Shown: in pieces, positions 1 to 13,455 of the stretch | How positions within the stretch are numbered: the stretch's first letter is position 1 | Layout: each line of letters opens with the position of its first letter | Origin: Aplysia californica | Taxonomy: Eukaryota | Length of the DNA stretch: 64,000 bases | Reading direction: 5' to 3' | Assembly: GCF_000002075.1 (NCBI RefSeq) | Contig: NW_004798004.1 | Location: 53,776-117,775 of the forward strand | The notes under the pieces: generated by a model | Databases searched by the model: none | Seen by the model: only the letters and a program-made list of their open reading frames with translations | Told to the model about the DNA's origin: nothing | Program-made: the position numbers and the translations under genes

Positions 1-74
1 AGCATCAATGATTAATCAAAGCTGCGTTGTTTTCATTTCAGAAGTAAGTAGGCCTACTGGACATGGGGCGTCCT

Positions 75-300
75 GCTTGCACTGCTGGTATTATTCCAGA
101 CTACGGAGCGGATGGCTCAGGTTTGAATCCCCATTGCGACGTTCTGAATTTAGGTGGTTTTGGGGAGTTTTGAAGGTTTCCCACAAAACAGGCTTTCCAC
201 CCATCTGGCGCGGCCTACGGTAGATGGTCGTTAAATTCAGAGGTCCCGCCACTTAATAACTTTACAGTGGGGAAAGCTAGCAGCGTTAAACATAAACAAT
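75..300 (+). mobile_element. tRNA-derived SINE-like element
   Basis: B-box-like ggtttgaatccc; 3' part (gttaaatt..gaggtcccgcc...gcgttaaac) shared in reverse with 6640-6830 and 55150-55365. Confidence 0.55.
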
Positions 301-1335
301 GATGAATGAACACTCAACATTTATAAGTAACCTAACACTCTTCCCCCTTGCATCTGTAATTGATCAGTATAACTACCTATAGCTCGCTACCCAAGAATTA
401 CAAAGTTCTACCTGCTTATTACCTAGTTTTGAAAAATTTCATGTTTAAAATTTTGAGTTTCACAAAATGTCAAGCTTTTACGAATGAAATTCTTTAAATA
501 TCTTGACAATGACTCCGAATAACATTACGATTTTGATAGAGCAGATAGGACATTTGGTTTCTGACCCCATGGTCTAAGTAACTCAAAACGGCCAAAAATG
601 TCAAATAGAACAGTCACACAATGGGTTGGCAAAGGGAGTTCTTGTGAATTCAGTATAGCCATGAGAGTTTAGTGGGGTGTGGCAGGTTCTCAGACATAAT
701 TATAAAAGCAACAAAATACAATAAATATAAAGCATATCAAAACAAAGGATGTGGTCATTTTCATAATTTGTATTTCAAGTAGAGGACTTTTGTGCATAAA
801 GAATGCAGGGGAGGGAAAAACCAGCACAATTCTGGTTACAAATAAGCTAAACAAAAAGAAAGATAAAAAAGAAAGAAAGGAGATAAGACAGTTAATGTTA
901 TTGATACTTATATGTGCCAATGATAATACTAAATAGTAATAATACATGTAAAAACAACAATGAAAAAACAAAAACAATCATTATATGGGCCCCAGGAACT
1001 TCGTACCAGATGGTTAAACAACAATGAACAATGTTTAAAAAGTTCTTCATGATTCAAAGCTATTATAGCATTCTCCCATCACAGAAATTGAAACAATACA
1101 CACAAGTAGCTAAAGACACTGAATGACTCAGTAGGTCACGTTATATAGTGCAAGCTTTACTAAAAAATAAATTTTTAAGTAACAAGGAAGAAGAATATAT
1201 GTTATCTTGAATTTGTGTTAAATATAATTTGAATGGTGGGCTGTATTTGGCTGACATCTGATAAACAATATCTTTTTTTTTTTTATCTGGGAAGGAAAAA
1301 TGTGCAATTGTATCAAAGCTTCCAAAAAAAACAGA

Positions 1336-1521
1336 TAGTCGAATCTGTCCAAGACTGCCACCCATTGTCGTGGAGAAAAAAACGGTTGTCAAAGACAGAT
1401 GGGCACTTTGGATAGTGTCATTACGACATTTAAAAGAAAACACAATGGAGGAAGTAGGAAGTGTTTTTTTAAAATACAGGTGGTTGTCTTGGACAGGTAG
1501 CCATTAGATCAGGTTCGACTA
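1336..1521. mobile_element. Short pogo-like MITE
   Basis: tagtcgaatctg...caggttcgacta; relatives at ~6920-7100, 28172-28533, 58888-59070, 61126-61311. Confidence 0.7.
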
Positions 1522-3174
1522 TATTTAAATACCTATAATATAGGCAACAAGCTACTAATCAGATAAATATGACTGGAAAAAATGTTTGAAGGTAAAGCTG
1601 ATTCATGAAGACTTTACATTTTATGAAAACAAGCAATGTATTTTTATACAATTTAGATTATGTATAATAACATGTAGAAATTTAACAAATATCTTTTTTT
1701 CTTCTAAAAATTTTTTTTATTTATTGTGGAACATGCATTAAACATAGACATGTTTTGTCACAAATACTGACTACTTTTGGTTTATATGTATAATCAACAA
1801 AATCAACAAAGCAAAGCAATCTTCTATTCACGCTGACTATGCACAAGCAAATAACAAGTAAAAACAAAACACATTTCTGATTACGTTTCAGTTTTTAACA
1901 TGATGTAACTTATTATCAATAGTCAACATATTTCATTACCAAATGTTAAGAGGAACACAGTTTTGCCCCTTGTTTTTTAGGTTTTTGTCTTCACAAATTT
2001 GGGGTAAGGTGTCGAAAAAATCCAAGCATTTGTCGGGACGAATAATCCATCATACAGGTTTTATTCTGAACTGGCCTCCTGTGTACAATTCTTTAGATAC
2101 TGAAATCAACAGTAAGGAAGCAATTGACCAGCATTCATTTCCTAAGAATTCCTTAATCAACAACAATAGAAATGTACTATCCTTTTCAGCACCAAAAAAA
2201 AAAAAAATGCAACAACCAAAAGTCATTTTACTTCTCAAATACAACAAATTGCATGTAAAAACAAACCCCAGTCACATGAATCATTAACAATCATTTATAG
2301 AAATCATTATTCAAGACAATCAGAGGGTTGCATGCAACATCAATAGCATTGTACTTTTGTGCACATATTTATTGCATATTAGGACTATATAATACCTCAT
2401 TGCCCTTTTGTGTAAATCAAGTAGAGGGTTGTACAATTGGGATAAGAGAGGAACAACAGCAGTGGAAAACATCTGGTGTGGATACTTATTGTGAGAGAGA
2501 TGACTAACTTGGACAAAGGGGGAAAAAGAAAAAAAGGAAATATTGAGAGGATCCCCAGGCAGTTACATTAGAGTTATTTGATTTTTTCCCGGTTACAATA
2601 CATCCTTCAGACATCAAATTTATACATATGACTTCTATCATTCTTTTCTAAAATGTGGCATCTCCATATTAACTCAGTAAAAAAAAAGACCCTTTCATTT
2701 CTTACAATTATCTAGATCTATCCCATAAATAAATTCAGTGGTGAGTTTGATCACTAGGAAGACCTGTGTGGTATTGTCAGATAAGCAAGCATCATTTTCT
2801 AGATGCTGGACTCATTAACGGGGGGTTAAAAAACAAAAAAACCAACTTGAATATGATATGCTTCATTTGTCACATAATGTGACAGCACCAATTTCCAGCA
2901 AGATTTGAAGCTTCCATGGCTTTATTTAGATTTGCTCCATAACCCTTCCATATATTTCAAGAGCACAGTGCAAAACCAATGCCTATTATCATGTAAAGTA
3001 AAAACAGCATTATTTAGAAAGAACCATTAGCAAGACCTCTAGACTAGTAAGAATAAATTGAACTGGATTTCTTTTGGACAGGAGACCAAGTGTACAACCC
3101 TTATATAATCACTGTAAATCACAAGCTCAAATGAATTCCTGTACACGGCTTAGATTCAAACTTACACTAGAGGT

Positions 3175-3285
3175 TTATTCATCCTTCTTGTCAATGCGAA
3201 GGGTCTTGTCATTTGAGGGGTCCAAAAAATCTTTGCCAGAAACATCCGTCAGGTTCGTACACTCTCGGATAGCTGAATTCGGCAC
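3175..3285 (-). CDS. PhyH-family dioxygenase, last coding exon (VPNSAIRECTNLTDVSGKDFLDPSNDKTLRIDKKDE*)
   Basis: tttcag acceptor, phase 0, TAA stop; spliced CDS totals 861 nt = 286 aa. Confidence 0.88.
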   Translation of the reverse strand: MPNSAIRECTNLTDVSGKDFLDPSNDKTLRIDKKDE

Positions 3286-4690
3286 CTGAAATAGGAACGA
3301 GTAATAATCTTCAGCTAGTCAACATGACAACATCCACATTTCACCAGGAACATATTAGGATAACAGTACAGTGGTCTCCACCAAAGAACCCTGTCATTCG
3401 GAGAAAAAAAAAGTAGGTTCATACGCAGACTTCACTTTTTGGCAGTTTTCAAGGGAGATCACCCAGTTCCTACTAGTTAGCTTCCTGATTACCACTTACT
3501 GTTTTCAGTTGAAATCTATCATGCTTTAGGTGATCCTGAAGTCTAAGGGAAAATAAAAGTTGGGGGGGGGGGGGGGTTGCCATGCAAGAGAAACAGACTC
3601 TTGAACAAGTTGAAAAACCACAAAATTACTGACTTTCCCATTTCGATATAGAGCTCAAATGCCTGCTTTGGCATTCTGTAGTAATTTGTAAGTGTGCATA
3701 CACAGGATAGATTCTACCAGATCCTAACCTAAACATTAAAACAATACTGAGCCTCTCCACTTCGACACCAATCCCCTTCCCCCCGTTTCCTTATCCTTCA
3801 TTAGAAACCACTGGGTGTAACAGTTACAGTATCTCACCCCTTCTTCTAAACATGCCTATCAGAGGGCAAGCATGCTTATTTGTAAGCAGGCAGTGCTTAG
3901 TAAAAAAAAAAGGGTAGGAATGTTGTTGCTTCCAAATTACTTGGCTTACCGGTACTGTTCCCTGGACCCTTACTTACCAGACACATCTCCCACAGTTTCA
4001 ACAGTCCAGTAAGTGAGCATACACATATTTGCATGTATAGCAAAAACACACCAGACTGATTTTAAATTTCAAATGTAGATGTTTTAACATCTCCATTGAC
4101 AGAACTTACATCCTTTTTTAAAAAGAAATGTTTTGAACCTGCCTGTCAGGGCCAACCTAGGCTGGGCGGGATACAACGTCTAGCAGAAAATTTGAGATAC
4201 TCTATAAAAATTTACCCACATGGGAATCAAACACAAGTCAAAGAAAATATTGTGCAAGTGTCAAGGGCACCATACAAAAGCTTTGCTCTGGTTTTGTACA
4301 AAAGTTTTCTGTGTGCGACGGCAAAGCACTTAACTGCTACACCATAAAAGTCTGTCCACACTGATTAGAAAAATGTTTTTAATTAAAAACATAGCATGAA
4401 TGAGCACCCAGAAATCGCGACTTGAGTGCTTTCTTGTCGTACCTTCATTTTTTTAAACAGTGAAAACAGTTCATAACAAAGAGTGAGCATAAGAAGCAGT
4501 CACTGAGGTTGCAAAATGTAAACTCATGACTTCTTTGACAAAATACATTGGTGACAATAAGGTTTACATTCAGGGGAAGCTGTTAGGGCAAACATATGAA
4601 CTGAGCAGGATGGTCCAGTATATGACTGATACCAGACTCCAGGTGCGATGAGATCGAGAAAAAGAAGAAGAAGGTCTGACTTCCCCTTAC

Positions 4691-4842
4691 CTTGACCAGC
4701 GGCGTGTACTGAGGGTGGTGATGCTCGATGACGGGGTTGTTGCTGGCGCGGTTGTAGGCACACAGGAAGGCCCAGCGGCGGTGGGGACTCTGGTTGGGGG
4801 CGCTGGTGTGCAGTAAGTTGGAGTGGAAGAACAAGGCATCGC
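4691..4842 (-). CDS. PhyH-family dioxygenase, exon 8 ([31 protein letters not shown]...PLVK)
   Basis: GD-x-x-FFH-x-x-x-x-H-x-S-x-x-N-x-S-x-x-R motif (distal His ligand, 2OG-binding Arg); ctccag / gtaag. Confidence 0.95.
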
Positions 4843-6411
4843 CTGGAGAAAACCAAAATACCAGGACCTGATTAAGAAAAATTCATGGTGAAATGTTTCT
4901 TTTTTTCAATGCTTGATTTCAACAAGGTAAACTGGGAATAGAAGGCAAGCAGAAGTGCTAATTTAATGGCTACAATAAAAAAAAAGGCTCAACTTTTAGG
5001 ACCCGAGGAAACATGTGCAAAAGGTTTAAAAATTCATAGAATATACTGCCAAATACATCTTGGATGAAGAAGTCAGGTAAAATCTGGACAATTTCAGAAC
5101 TTCGGATTTATGGATTTATCCGGAAAATTGAGCAGATCACAGTCAATGGAAGAGAGAGGTCAAGACTTATCTGAAAGAAAAGAGCTTAACAATTCAGACA
5201 TAGATCGATGTTAACAGTTGCAAACCATGTACACTCCAAATTATTACTTTCAAGGAAATCAGTGTACATCCTGTTTTGTTTTGGTTTGTTTCCACCAGCA
5301 GAGGCAGTTACACAAACCTGCTATACAGTAAAGGGCAATAAAGATTAAAAAATGAATAAAAGAATATACTCAATTACACAAATCTTTGTATAGTACTCAT
5401 GCAATTGTCATAGAGAGACATGCTTGGAGGAGCAGAAAACAGGTTAGGGTAGAGCTCATGAATTTCAGCGTTAATTAGAACTTTGAACTGACTGATTTAC
5501 TCATTGAAGCAGCAAACTCATATTCAATGAGTGAAAACTTGAACTGTTATGTTTAAGCATCAACATCCTTTCACATCAGAGTGCTACTTTTCATTACTTC
5601 TGTTATCTGTAGGGGGACTTTGACCACTCAGAAGCTGTATATTATCTCTGCTTATTGAACTTAGAGAGGTCAACTAGTAGTGATCACGCTGACAAGCAGC
5701 CTTCTTCGTGTGACCCTACTATTTTGAGGTATTTCTGAGAGCTATAAGTTCTGGATATTATCAAAAATGGTTTGATTGATAGCACAACATGATTTAATTG
5801 TAAAAAAACCTCTCTTTTCCTGTTCCCCAATATTTTCCTTGCCACTGTTTTTTGCTTTTCCACTTTACGATTTGAGCTATTAATAATGCAGACCTTTCTT
5901 TAAACATTCATTTTTTATTAAATTAAATTTTTTTTTTAAAGTTCAAGTTTTCAACCTTTGTGCAAAGGGCCCAGTGGTAAGTAAAGAATGAAAGCTGGAT
6001 TCCCAACAATGATAATTACACAATTAACTTTTAACCCTAGACAGAACAACTGAATAGCATGCTCCTGCTAGAAAAAGTATGATGCTTTTAAAGAGTCGTT
6101 TCACTACACAAAAGCCCAATTATTAATTTTAAGCCCTATATTTCTCAAAAACAAAGGCTTCGTTGACAACAATGCACAGTCAAAAACGACAGTCACTCTC
6201 ATCAGCATTCAACAGACATTTCAGGTCAAAGTAACTTTATCTTCACACATGTCAAAAACAGCTCCCACTGAGCGGTACTGCAAACTATGGCCTCAAAAAT
6301 TGTGTTCATAGTCATATCATGTGTTTTTATACCACAACAATTTACAAATAGATATCATGTTTTTAAAACACTGTTCATACATTACTCTACTAGCCCAGAG
6401 AAAAGAAGTTA

Positions 6412-6591
6412 GTTTAGTTTTAGTAGAGGTTTAACGGCACTCTCAACTGCATAAGGTCATATGAGCGCCAGAAGATTAGAAGTGTTACAAGAGAGTAACA
6501 AACACAAAAAAGAAGGAGGGGAGATAAAGACGATAGATTTTTTCTAGGAAAGAAGGACCAAACCACACCAGAGCACCCGCCAATCACCCAC
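6412..6591 (-). mobile_element. Family A ~175-bp short retroposon
   Basis: Full length; TSD aaaagaagtta/aaaagacgtta (6401-6411, 6593-6603). Confidence 0.9.
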
Positions 6592-7457
6592 TAAAAGACG
6601 TTATTAACAAAAATTTTAAAAAAAAGTAAAGTAGTGTATGGGTTTAACAACCTGTTCAACACTGTTAGGCAATTTTAAGAGGCGGGACCTCCAAATTTAA
6701 GATCCATCTCCACTGTGACCAGGCCAAATGGGTTGAGAGCCTTGAAAACTCAACAAAATAATAATAGTTCAAGAATACCCAGTCACTGATCTGAACCAGA
6801 CCCAACCACTCCATCATTCAGCACCTCATACAAAATGAACCACACCGCAAGATACTAAAAGGGACAAAGAAGGTGGAGAACTTGAACTCAGAAATGACAC
6901 CACACCAAGATTAGAACTTACAGCCAAACCTGCTCTAACAGCAACCTGTATAGTTTGTAGTGTGAGACAATTATCTGTACCAACAGCCTCTTCTGACCCC
7001 CCCCCCTCCCCTCTGCATTTTTTAATATATTATAATAAAATTTTGTTAGATGGCCGCCTGTCTAAGATGGCCACTTTTCTCCTTGGTCGGCCAACTTAAA
7101 CAATGGAAAAATATTGACAGCAAACTTAAACTTCATTCAAAGTTTTTCAGTTGATCAAGCAATAAATCTGTTCTCACCCCAATACATAAAAACTTTCTGT
7201 CAGTGACAAACAAATAGTGACTTCCTTTCCCATGTTTACTCTTTCAATTTCTGAGTGATCAGTCTAACTGTAACGAATGAAGCTTGAACGTCTTCAGCAT
7301 TTTAAAACGAAGTGAGAGAAACAGAACAGAAGGTCAAATCCAGACGTCACTGAAAGCTACCCTTGAGGGGTTCACAAAAGGTGCAACTCTCAAGCTGAAT
7401 TGTTGGAGTCACTCATTTGCTACAATCTCTGGCATAACACTGGCATTTTTCCTCCCT

Positions 7458-7640
7458 GTTTGTTTTAGTGAGCGTTTTATGGCACTTGCAACACAAGCAG
7501 GTTGTATAAGTCCTGAAGATTATTAGAGCTATTACGAGAGAGTAACAAACACAAGAAAAGGAGGAGGAGAGATAAGGATGATAGATGTTTGATAGATTAA
7601 AAAAAAGCAGCCCATACCAAAACACCTGCCAACCACCCAC
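7458..7640 (-). mobile_element. Family A short retroposon
   Basis: Full length, diverged copy of the consensus. Confidence 0.85.
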
Positions 7641-8165
7641 ATCTTTTCTCCACATTCTGTTATCTGTTCAACTCTCTCTCTCTCTCTCTTTTTCTCTCTT
7701 AATGCCATCTGTCCAGTTTAGCAAAACATCCTCTCACTTGACTTTTAACTCCCTAAGGAACATATATGCCATCAGTATTTTCCCTCCAACATATGCCACC
7801 AGTAATTTCCCACAGCACCTTTCTCTAGTTGCGACCAAGTCTTTCCCACATTTTTCAACCTTTCTCCATAATGTTGTAATTCATCTTCCTATATATTTCT
7901 CTGACCGTTTAGATTTCATCTCAGTCACTTTCTGGTTGTACTTGTCATCCACATTTTAAAAAGGGACCTGATCCATCACTAGTACCTCTGTGTCACTTCC
8001 TTTTCCACATGTCTTTATTTACAAGCAAAAAACACTCCCTCAAAAACCGCATAGAATATGAGCTTCTTGCAAAATGCCCCTGTACTGCATAAAACTCATA
8101 CACAATTTTTTTTAAAAAGTTAAACATAAAGAAAAGTATAAGTTTGTGAGCAAGCATGACGATAC

Positions 8166-8295
8166 CTTTCTCCAGTTCCACAAAGCGCAGGGGAAGGACT
8201 TTCTTGAGTTCCCCGACACGATCCAAATCAGCCCCAGTCTGTCCACCGACCATCAGGTGTTCGATACGACCGCACTTGTGGGAGCCTTCAAGAAT
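8166..8295 (-). CDS. PhyH-family dioxygenase, exon 7 (ILEGSHKCGRIEHLMVGGQTGADL...VELEK)
   Basis: GSH motif; ctcag / gtatc. Confidence 0.95.
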
Positions 8296-8574
8296 CTGAG
8301 GAGAGAGGAGTGAGCATGAGCTGATTCACAAAAACCCATCTAGAAGCAGATCGATTAGAAATCGTTGGCCAGCTGTATAGATGTACAAAGCCCTACATTT
8401 TGAGAAAAAAAATTGCAATTACAGTTTCTTAATCTGTGGTATCAGTTGTATGAGAATTATTTTGTTGAATTTCAAATTCTAAATGTTGAAATAAAGCAAG
8501 ACAAGATATACAAAATAGGTACAGTTGTCACAAGAATAAAACAGTTTTTTCTCTATCAGATATTGATATATACG

Positions 8575-8800
8575 CATTCATCATCATCATTGCCGTTCTC
8601 ACCCTCGATCACGGTATAGGCCACGAACAAACCCTTTCCACCTTTTCCTATCCCGGGCTACCCTCTTGATGTTAGTTATTACATGTCTTCCCACTTTTCT
8701 GTACATCTGTTTCTGTAACTCTTCTCCAGGTTCCACATGGTCTTCCCTTAGATCTTTTACCCCGTGGATTCCAATGCGGAGTTGATATGCATTTTCCATA
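8575..8800 (-). mobile_element. RTE-LINE 3' end remnant
   Basis: ...RVARDRKRWKGFV... followed by a (TGA)n tail. Confidence 0.6.
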
Positions 8801-8863
8801 CGCAAAGTAACACAAAAGAAAGGAAGCAAGAGCTATCAGTGGTACCTTCCAACCACCTGGTTT

Positions 8864-9059
8864 TTGTTTAGTTTTTTAAAGAGTTTTACAGCACTTGCAA
8901 CACAATAAGGACATATAAGGGCCGAAAATTAAAGGTGTTACAGCAGAGTAACAAACACAGAAAAAAAATAGGAGAGATCAGGATGATAGATGTTTGATAG
9001 GAAAGAAGGAGCAAACCACACCAGAGCACCCGCTAACCACACCAGAGCACCCGCTAACC
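8864..9059 (-). mobile_element. Family A short retroposon with an internal 21-bp tandem duplication
   Basis: TSD ccacctggttt (8853-8863, 9060-9070). Confidence 0.9.
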
Positions 9060-9227
9060 CCACCTGGTTTAGGATAGGTTGGAGGCCTAAACAGGTGTCA
9101 CCCTAATCATGAAAAAGTACTCTCCAGTATGAAAGCATTGATTCATATGCCAATATGCGAAGTTTTGGTAAGTAACTCAGAAGGATATTACTCTATCAAT
9201 GTCAAGGAACAAATCACACGCACATAC

Positions 9228-9318
9228 CTGAAGGCAGCCGTTTTCCTTCCAGCACTTGTCTATGGCAATGAAGACAGTCAACATGTCAGGAAACAGGCAG
9301 CCATTCTTGTACCAGTAG
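9228..9318 (-). CDS. PhyH-family dioxygenase, exon 6 ([30 protein letters not shown])
   Basis: Typical x-I-A-I-D-x-x-x-x-E-N-G-C-L PhyH motif; ctcag / gtatgt. Confidence 0.95.
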
Positions 9319-9344
9319 CTGAGGCATGGGTCGGAGAGGAGAGT

Positions 9345-9524
9345 TTTTAGTTTTAGTAGAGGTTTTACGGTGCTCGCAACTGCATGAGGTCATATGAGCG
9401 CCAGAAGATTAGAGCTGTTACAAGAGAGTAACAAACATAAAAAAGATGAAGGGGAGATAAGGACGATAGATGTTTGATAGGAAAGAAGAAGTAAACCACA
9501 CCAGTGCACCCGCCAACCACCCAT
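9345..9524 (-). mobile_element. Family A short retroposon inserted in the polypyrimidine tract of exon 6
   Basis: Perfect 12-bp TSD ggagaggagagt (9333-9344, 9525-9536). Confidence 0.92.
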
Positions 9525-10308
9525 GGAGAGGAGAGTGAGAAAAGAATGGACGATCATATCCCAAAATATTTTCAAACTTTAGTGAGCTAAAGAGGGCTAT
9601 ATCCTTTCCAAATCCAAGAAGTGAAACGTAAAAAACAAAAACAAAAATCACAAAAACGTTTAGATAACTTTTTTTTTACTTACTTAATTGACTCCAGTAC
9701 AAGAGAAAGCAAAAGGGGGGTGTAATATACGAGAACCTGTTTTAAAACCTGAGCAGCAGGCTTTAGCTATATTTTTTGTTTTTGTTTGAGAAATTTCATT
9801 CCTCGTATTCATTCCACTAGCTAGAAGCTTCTTCTAGGGACTAAATTTGAAATTCCAGAGACAGAAAAGTGTAAATGATTTTGTTTGAGTCCCTAAAAGC
9901 TGTACATACCCTTAGTGACTAAGACAAAAAAATGAAAAGATAAACAGGAAAGAATAGGTTATCTAAAAGAGTCTATTGTTGACCAGTTGTTCAGATGTAC
10001 TCAGCCAAAATCTTAAAAAACAAATTTTATAGCAATTCCTTAATCTGCAGTTTGAGTAGCACAAGCTCAAGAAATATTTGGGCAAAATTAAAACCTAAAA
10101 GTTGGAGAAAAAAAACCAAGTAAGAAAAGATACATAAAGTAGGCACAATATTAAAAAGAAAGAAACATTTTTTTCTCCCTCCTGAAGAAAGATTTGTTTC
10201 TTTCTGGGCCTGGAACAGTTGTACTGGTTACCGATTATACAAATCTTTAAAATCATGAGAGCAGCCTGTCTAAATGGACACAAAACTATAAACTAGCGTT
10301 TTAACGTC

Positions 10309-10612
10309 GTTTAAAAAAATTTTTGTAAGTGTTTTACCGCACTTGCAAAACAATAAGGTCATACAAGTGCCGAAGATTAGAGGTGTTACAAGAGAGTAAC
10401 AAACACATAGAAGAAAAAGGGGAGAAAGTTGAGTTTTAGTAAAAGTTTTACTGCACTTGCAAACACAATAAGGTCATATAAGTGTCGAAGAATAGATCAT
10501 GTGTTACAAGAGAGTAACATACACAAAAAAGAAAAGGGAGGGGAGAAAAGGACGACAGATGTTTGATAGGAAAGAAAGAGCAAACCACACCAGAGCACCC
10601 GCCAACCACCCA
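10309..10612 (-). mobile_element. Family A dimer (full copy plus 3' half)
   Basis: Two tandem 3' ends within one TSD pair, cgttttaacgtc/cgttttaacttc. Confidence 0.85.
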
Positions 10613-10665
10613 CGTTTTAACTTCAATGTTCCCACAGTCTTATAAGTAGGGGTTAATATACTGAC

Positions 10666-10757
10666 CCATAGTCCTGGTGCCACACATGCTCCCCGCCAGT
10701 GTAAGGTTCCTTCATCATCAGTTTTGTGTGATAGTGATAGACCTCTCCGCCTAACAA
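10666..10757 (-). CDS. PhyH-family dioxygenase, exon 5 ([31 protein letters not shown])
   Basis: Contains the H-x-D iron ligands (WHQD); ctcag / gtcagt. Confidence 0.95.
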
Positions 10758-10800
10758 CTGAGAACACAAAACACAGTTTACCTTCTTGCAGACATTTTCA

Positions 10801-11099
10801 CAAGTGGATAGTTACAGAACATTGGCTGATATTTATAGTAACAGCCATCTTGTGTGCGTCATAAAATAGTGTTTTTCATTCTGACAAAAGACAAAAGAAG
10901 TTCCAGACCTACTGTCTCACTGTCTGGTCTGGAAAAAAAAATGTGGAGTAAAAAAAGAAAGCTTTTTTTTTTCATATTAGCAAAGTGTTATGATAATGCT
11001 CAATATATTATGTATGTTAAAGAATAGGTCAAACAAGATGGCTGTTACTATAAATATCGGCCAATGGCGTACTCCTAACGTTCTCTAACTATCCCCTTG
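10801..11099. mobile_element. Mutator-like MITE
   Basis: ~50-bp imperfect TIRs (caagtggatagtta...cagccatcttg); exact 11-bp TSD agacattttca (10790-10800, 11100-11110). Confidence 0.85.
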
Positions 11100-11506
11100 A
11101 GACATTTTCACAAACATAGAAAGAAAATGTTTTTCAATCTGAGAGAAAATTTGCTTATCCTTCAAAGTTGAGCTGGTCTATCATAAANNNNNNNNNNNNN
11201 NNNNNNNNNNNNNNNNNNNNNNNNNNNNNNNNNNNNNNNNNNNNNNNNNNNNNNNNNNNNNNNNNNNNNNNNNNNNNNNNNNNNNNNNNNNNNNNNNNNN
11301 NNNNNNNNNNNNNNNNNNNNNNNNNNNNNNNNNNNNNNNNNNNNNNNNNNNNNNNNNNNNNNNNNNNNNNNNNNGAGAAAGAAGGTACATGAAAATGGAG
11401 TGATATGAAGAGATAAAACAAAGAGAAACAAATAAGGGGAAAAACATAGAAATGGGATCAAGAAATAGAAAAAGAGAATAGGAATAGGATACAGAAAAGA
11501 ACTTAC

Positions 11507-11617
11507 CTCCTCCGAAGTGGTGACAACTTTCTCGCACCGCCCAACCATCCCCGTCACATCATTGCCAGGGTGACTCCACAAACACAATCGGCTCTTGCGG
11601 CCATCACTGTCATTGAT
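11507..11617 (-). CDS. PhyH-family dioxygenase, exon 4 (INDSDGRKSRLCLWSHPGNDVTGMVGRCEKVVTTSEE)
   Basis: tttcag / gtaagt; 111 nt, phase 0/0. Confidence 0.92.
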
Positions 11618-12164
11618 CTGAAATATGCAATAAGTAGTCATGAGCACATTCCCTTTTCACAGCCCCCCTCAGAGAGACATATTTGTAGATCAACAATGGC
11701 AGTCTGCCGAAACGCAGTTCTGCTTTTAGGGGCATCCTTTTTCTCTTCTTCCATAAGGCCATTATCATGGACCGAAAACATGTAGAATGATACAGCAGAA
11801 TCTCTGTGGCATTCAAGCCTTGATTGTATGTAGCGATATACTCATGAATACATTTCAACACTTCAGCAACAATGTGAAAAAAGGAATGGAGCCATCAGAG
11901 GTGCCAGCCAGAACATGTAAAGGGTAGTGATGTTATTCCTCGGAGAGCGTTTACTAATTGTTGAAGATTTTGAGACTACTCCACCATTACACTCACTGAA
12001 TGGGTGAGCCAGCCCCTCTAATCTGTTAAAATACTGAGAAGATATTAGCATCTGTATTTAAATGACAGTGAAAGGTAAAGTAGTCTGTATCTCCGACACT
12101 TAATACTTCTCCGAGGAATAATATCACCTCCCTTTATGTGTTCTGACTGTCCAACTCACAACCA

Positions 12165-12440
12165 TGTTGCAGCCAGTTCAAATCCTGATCAGGACATGAT
12201 ACTGTGTCCTCGAGAAAGACACTTTATACAAATTTTCCTCATTTCATCAAGGTGAAATTGGATATCAGGTATAGACAGAGAAAGATCCTATCTGCATGTC
12301 AGCATCTGACTGCCAGCAAAATAGTAGCTTGCACTGGACGTTTCCCTGAAAGCTAAGAATGTTTCTGAACATTATAACCTCTTGAGAGGTAATAATGAAT
12401 TGTAAAGCACACAGAGCCTCCTTTCTGGCATGTACACATG
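12165..12440 (+). mobile_element. tRNA/CORE-type SINE
   Basis: B-box gttcaaatcc followed by CORE-like tgtgtcctcgagaaagacacttta. Confidence 0.6.
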
Positions 12441-13373
12441 AAATATGCAATCTATTCTGATATCTATTACTAACGTATGCTTGATTCCTCATTCTCACCC
12501 CCCAAAAATGTCATTTAAGCAATGCAAAATTAGGTAATTTTGTAAAAGTATGAATATTTTCAACAAGTCAGGCATTTGGCACTACTTTTCGGATACTAGT
12601 TATTTCATTCTTAAGAGTTAAATCACAGCATGTAAGAAGACTCCCCTGTTGTTTAAAAACATATAATTTAGTGAGAGCTAAAGTGTGTACATATATGATA
12701 TGAACCTCATATTAAAAAATTTTGAGTATAATATACAAGAAGGGATAAGTGAGGTACAGGCTGCAACAGTAAAGTTGTGTGGAGCATTTTGAAAGTCCAG
12801 AAATAGATGAGTGTTTGTAGCCTACATGACAAACTCAAACAGCTGGCCACTTCGTTTTGAACAAAAAATCAAACTACAGGTCAACACAGATAATGGTCCC
12901 TATCTCAAGTGATCTGATAACATATTAAGGACCGTCGTTGACCTTGTAAGACTTCAGTTAAACCAAAGAGCACACAAAAGGGCAGTAAGTGGATCTTTTT
13001 CAGTCAGTTAGGTTTACAACACTCAAATCAAATCCATTTGTCTAGACTCCAAATTTCAAATCTAAAACAAAATTCTTTTACTATCTTCATTAAATACTAA
13101 AGTAAGTGCCAATATTAGACATCAACATTTTTTGGTTTCTTTTAAAGATAAAATTTGTGGAATTAGACATTAAATTATTTAACTGATATCATGTCTCGGC
13201 TCAAATATGAAAAAGCAATTTATTTTAACAGTTTTTTAAAAGAACAGTTTCAAATTCCATGTCTTTATCAATAACCACAGCTACAGCCAATATCTCAGCC
13301 TAAATCAGCATGGAATTTCTTTTGATTTTCATATAAACAACCTGAATGAACAATAAGGAAGACAAACACCCAC

Positions 13374-13455
13374 TGTAAATGAGTTCTTCACAACAGCATC
13401 GGTGCTCTCAAGAGCTTCCTTCACTTTAAGCCACTCTTCTCTGTCCAAAAGACCT
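13374..13455 (-). CDS. PhyH-family dioxygenase, exon 3 (GLLDREEWLKVKEALESTDAVVKNSFT)
   Basis: ccccag acceptor, gtgggt donor; phases 2/0 consistent. Confidence 0.9.

Noticed and set aside
8155-8165. U12-type intron suggested by a GTATC donor
   Set aside because: The donor reads GTATCGTC rather than GTATCCTT, and no U12 branch consensus lies near the acceptor.
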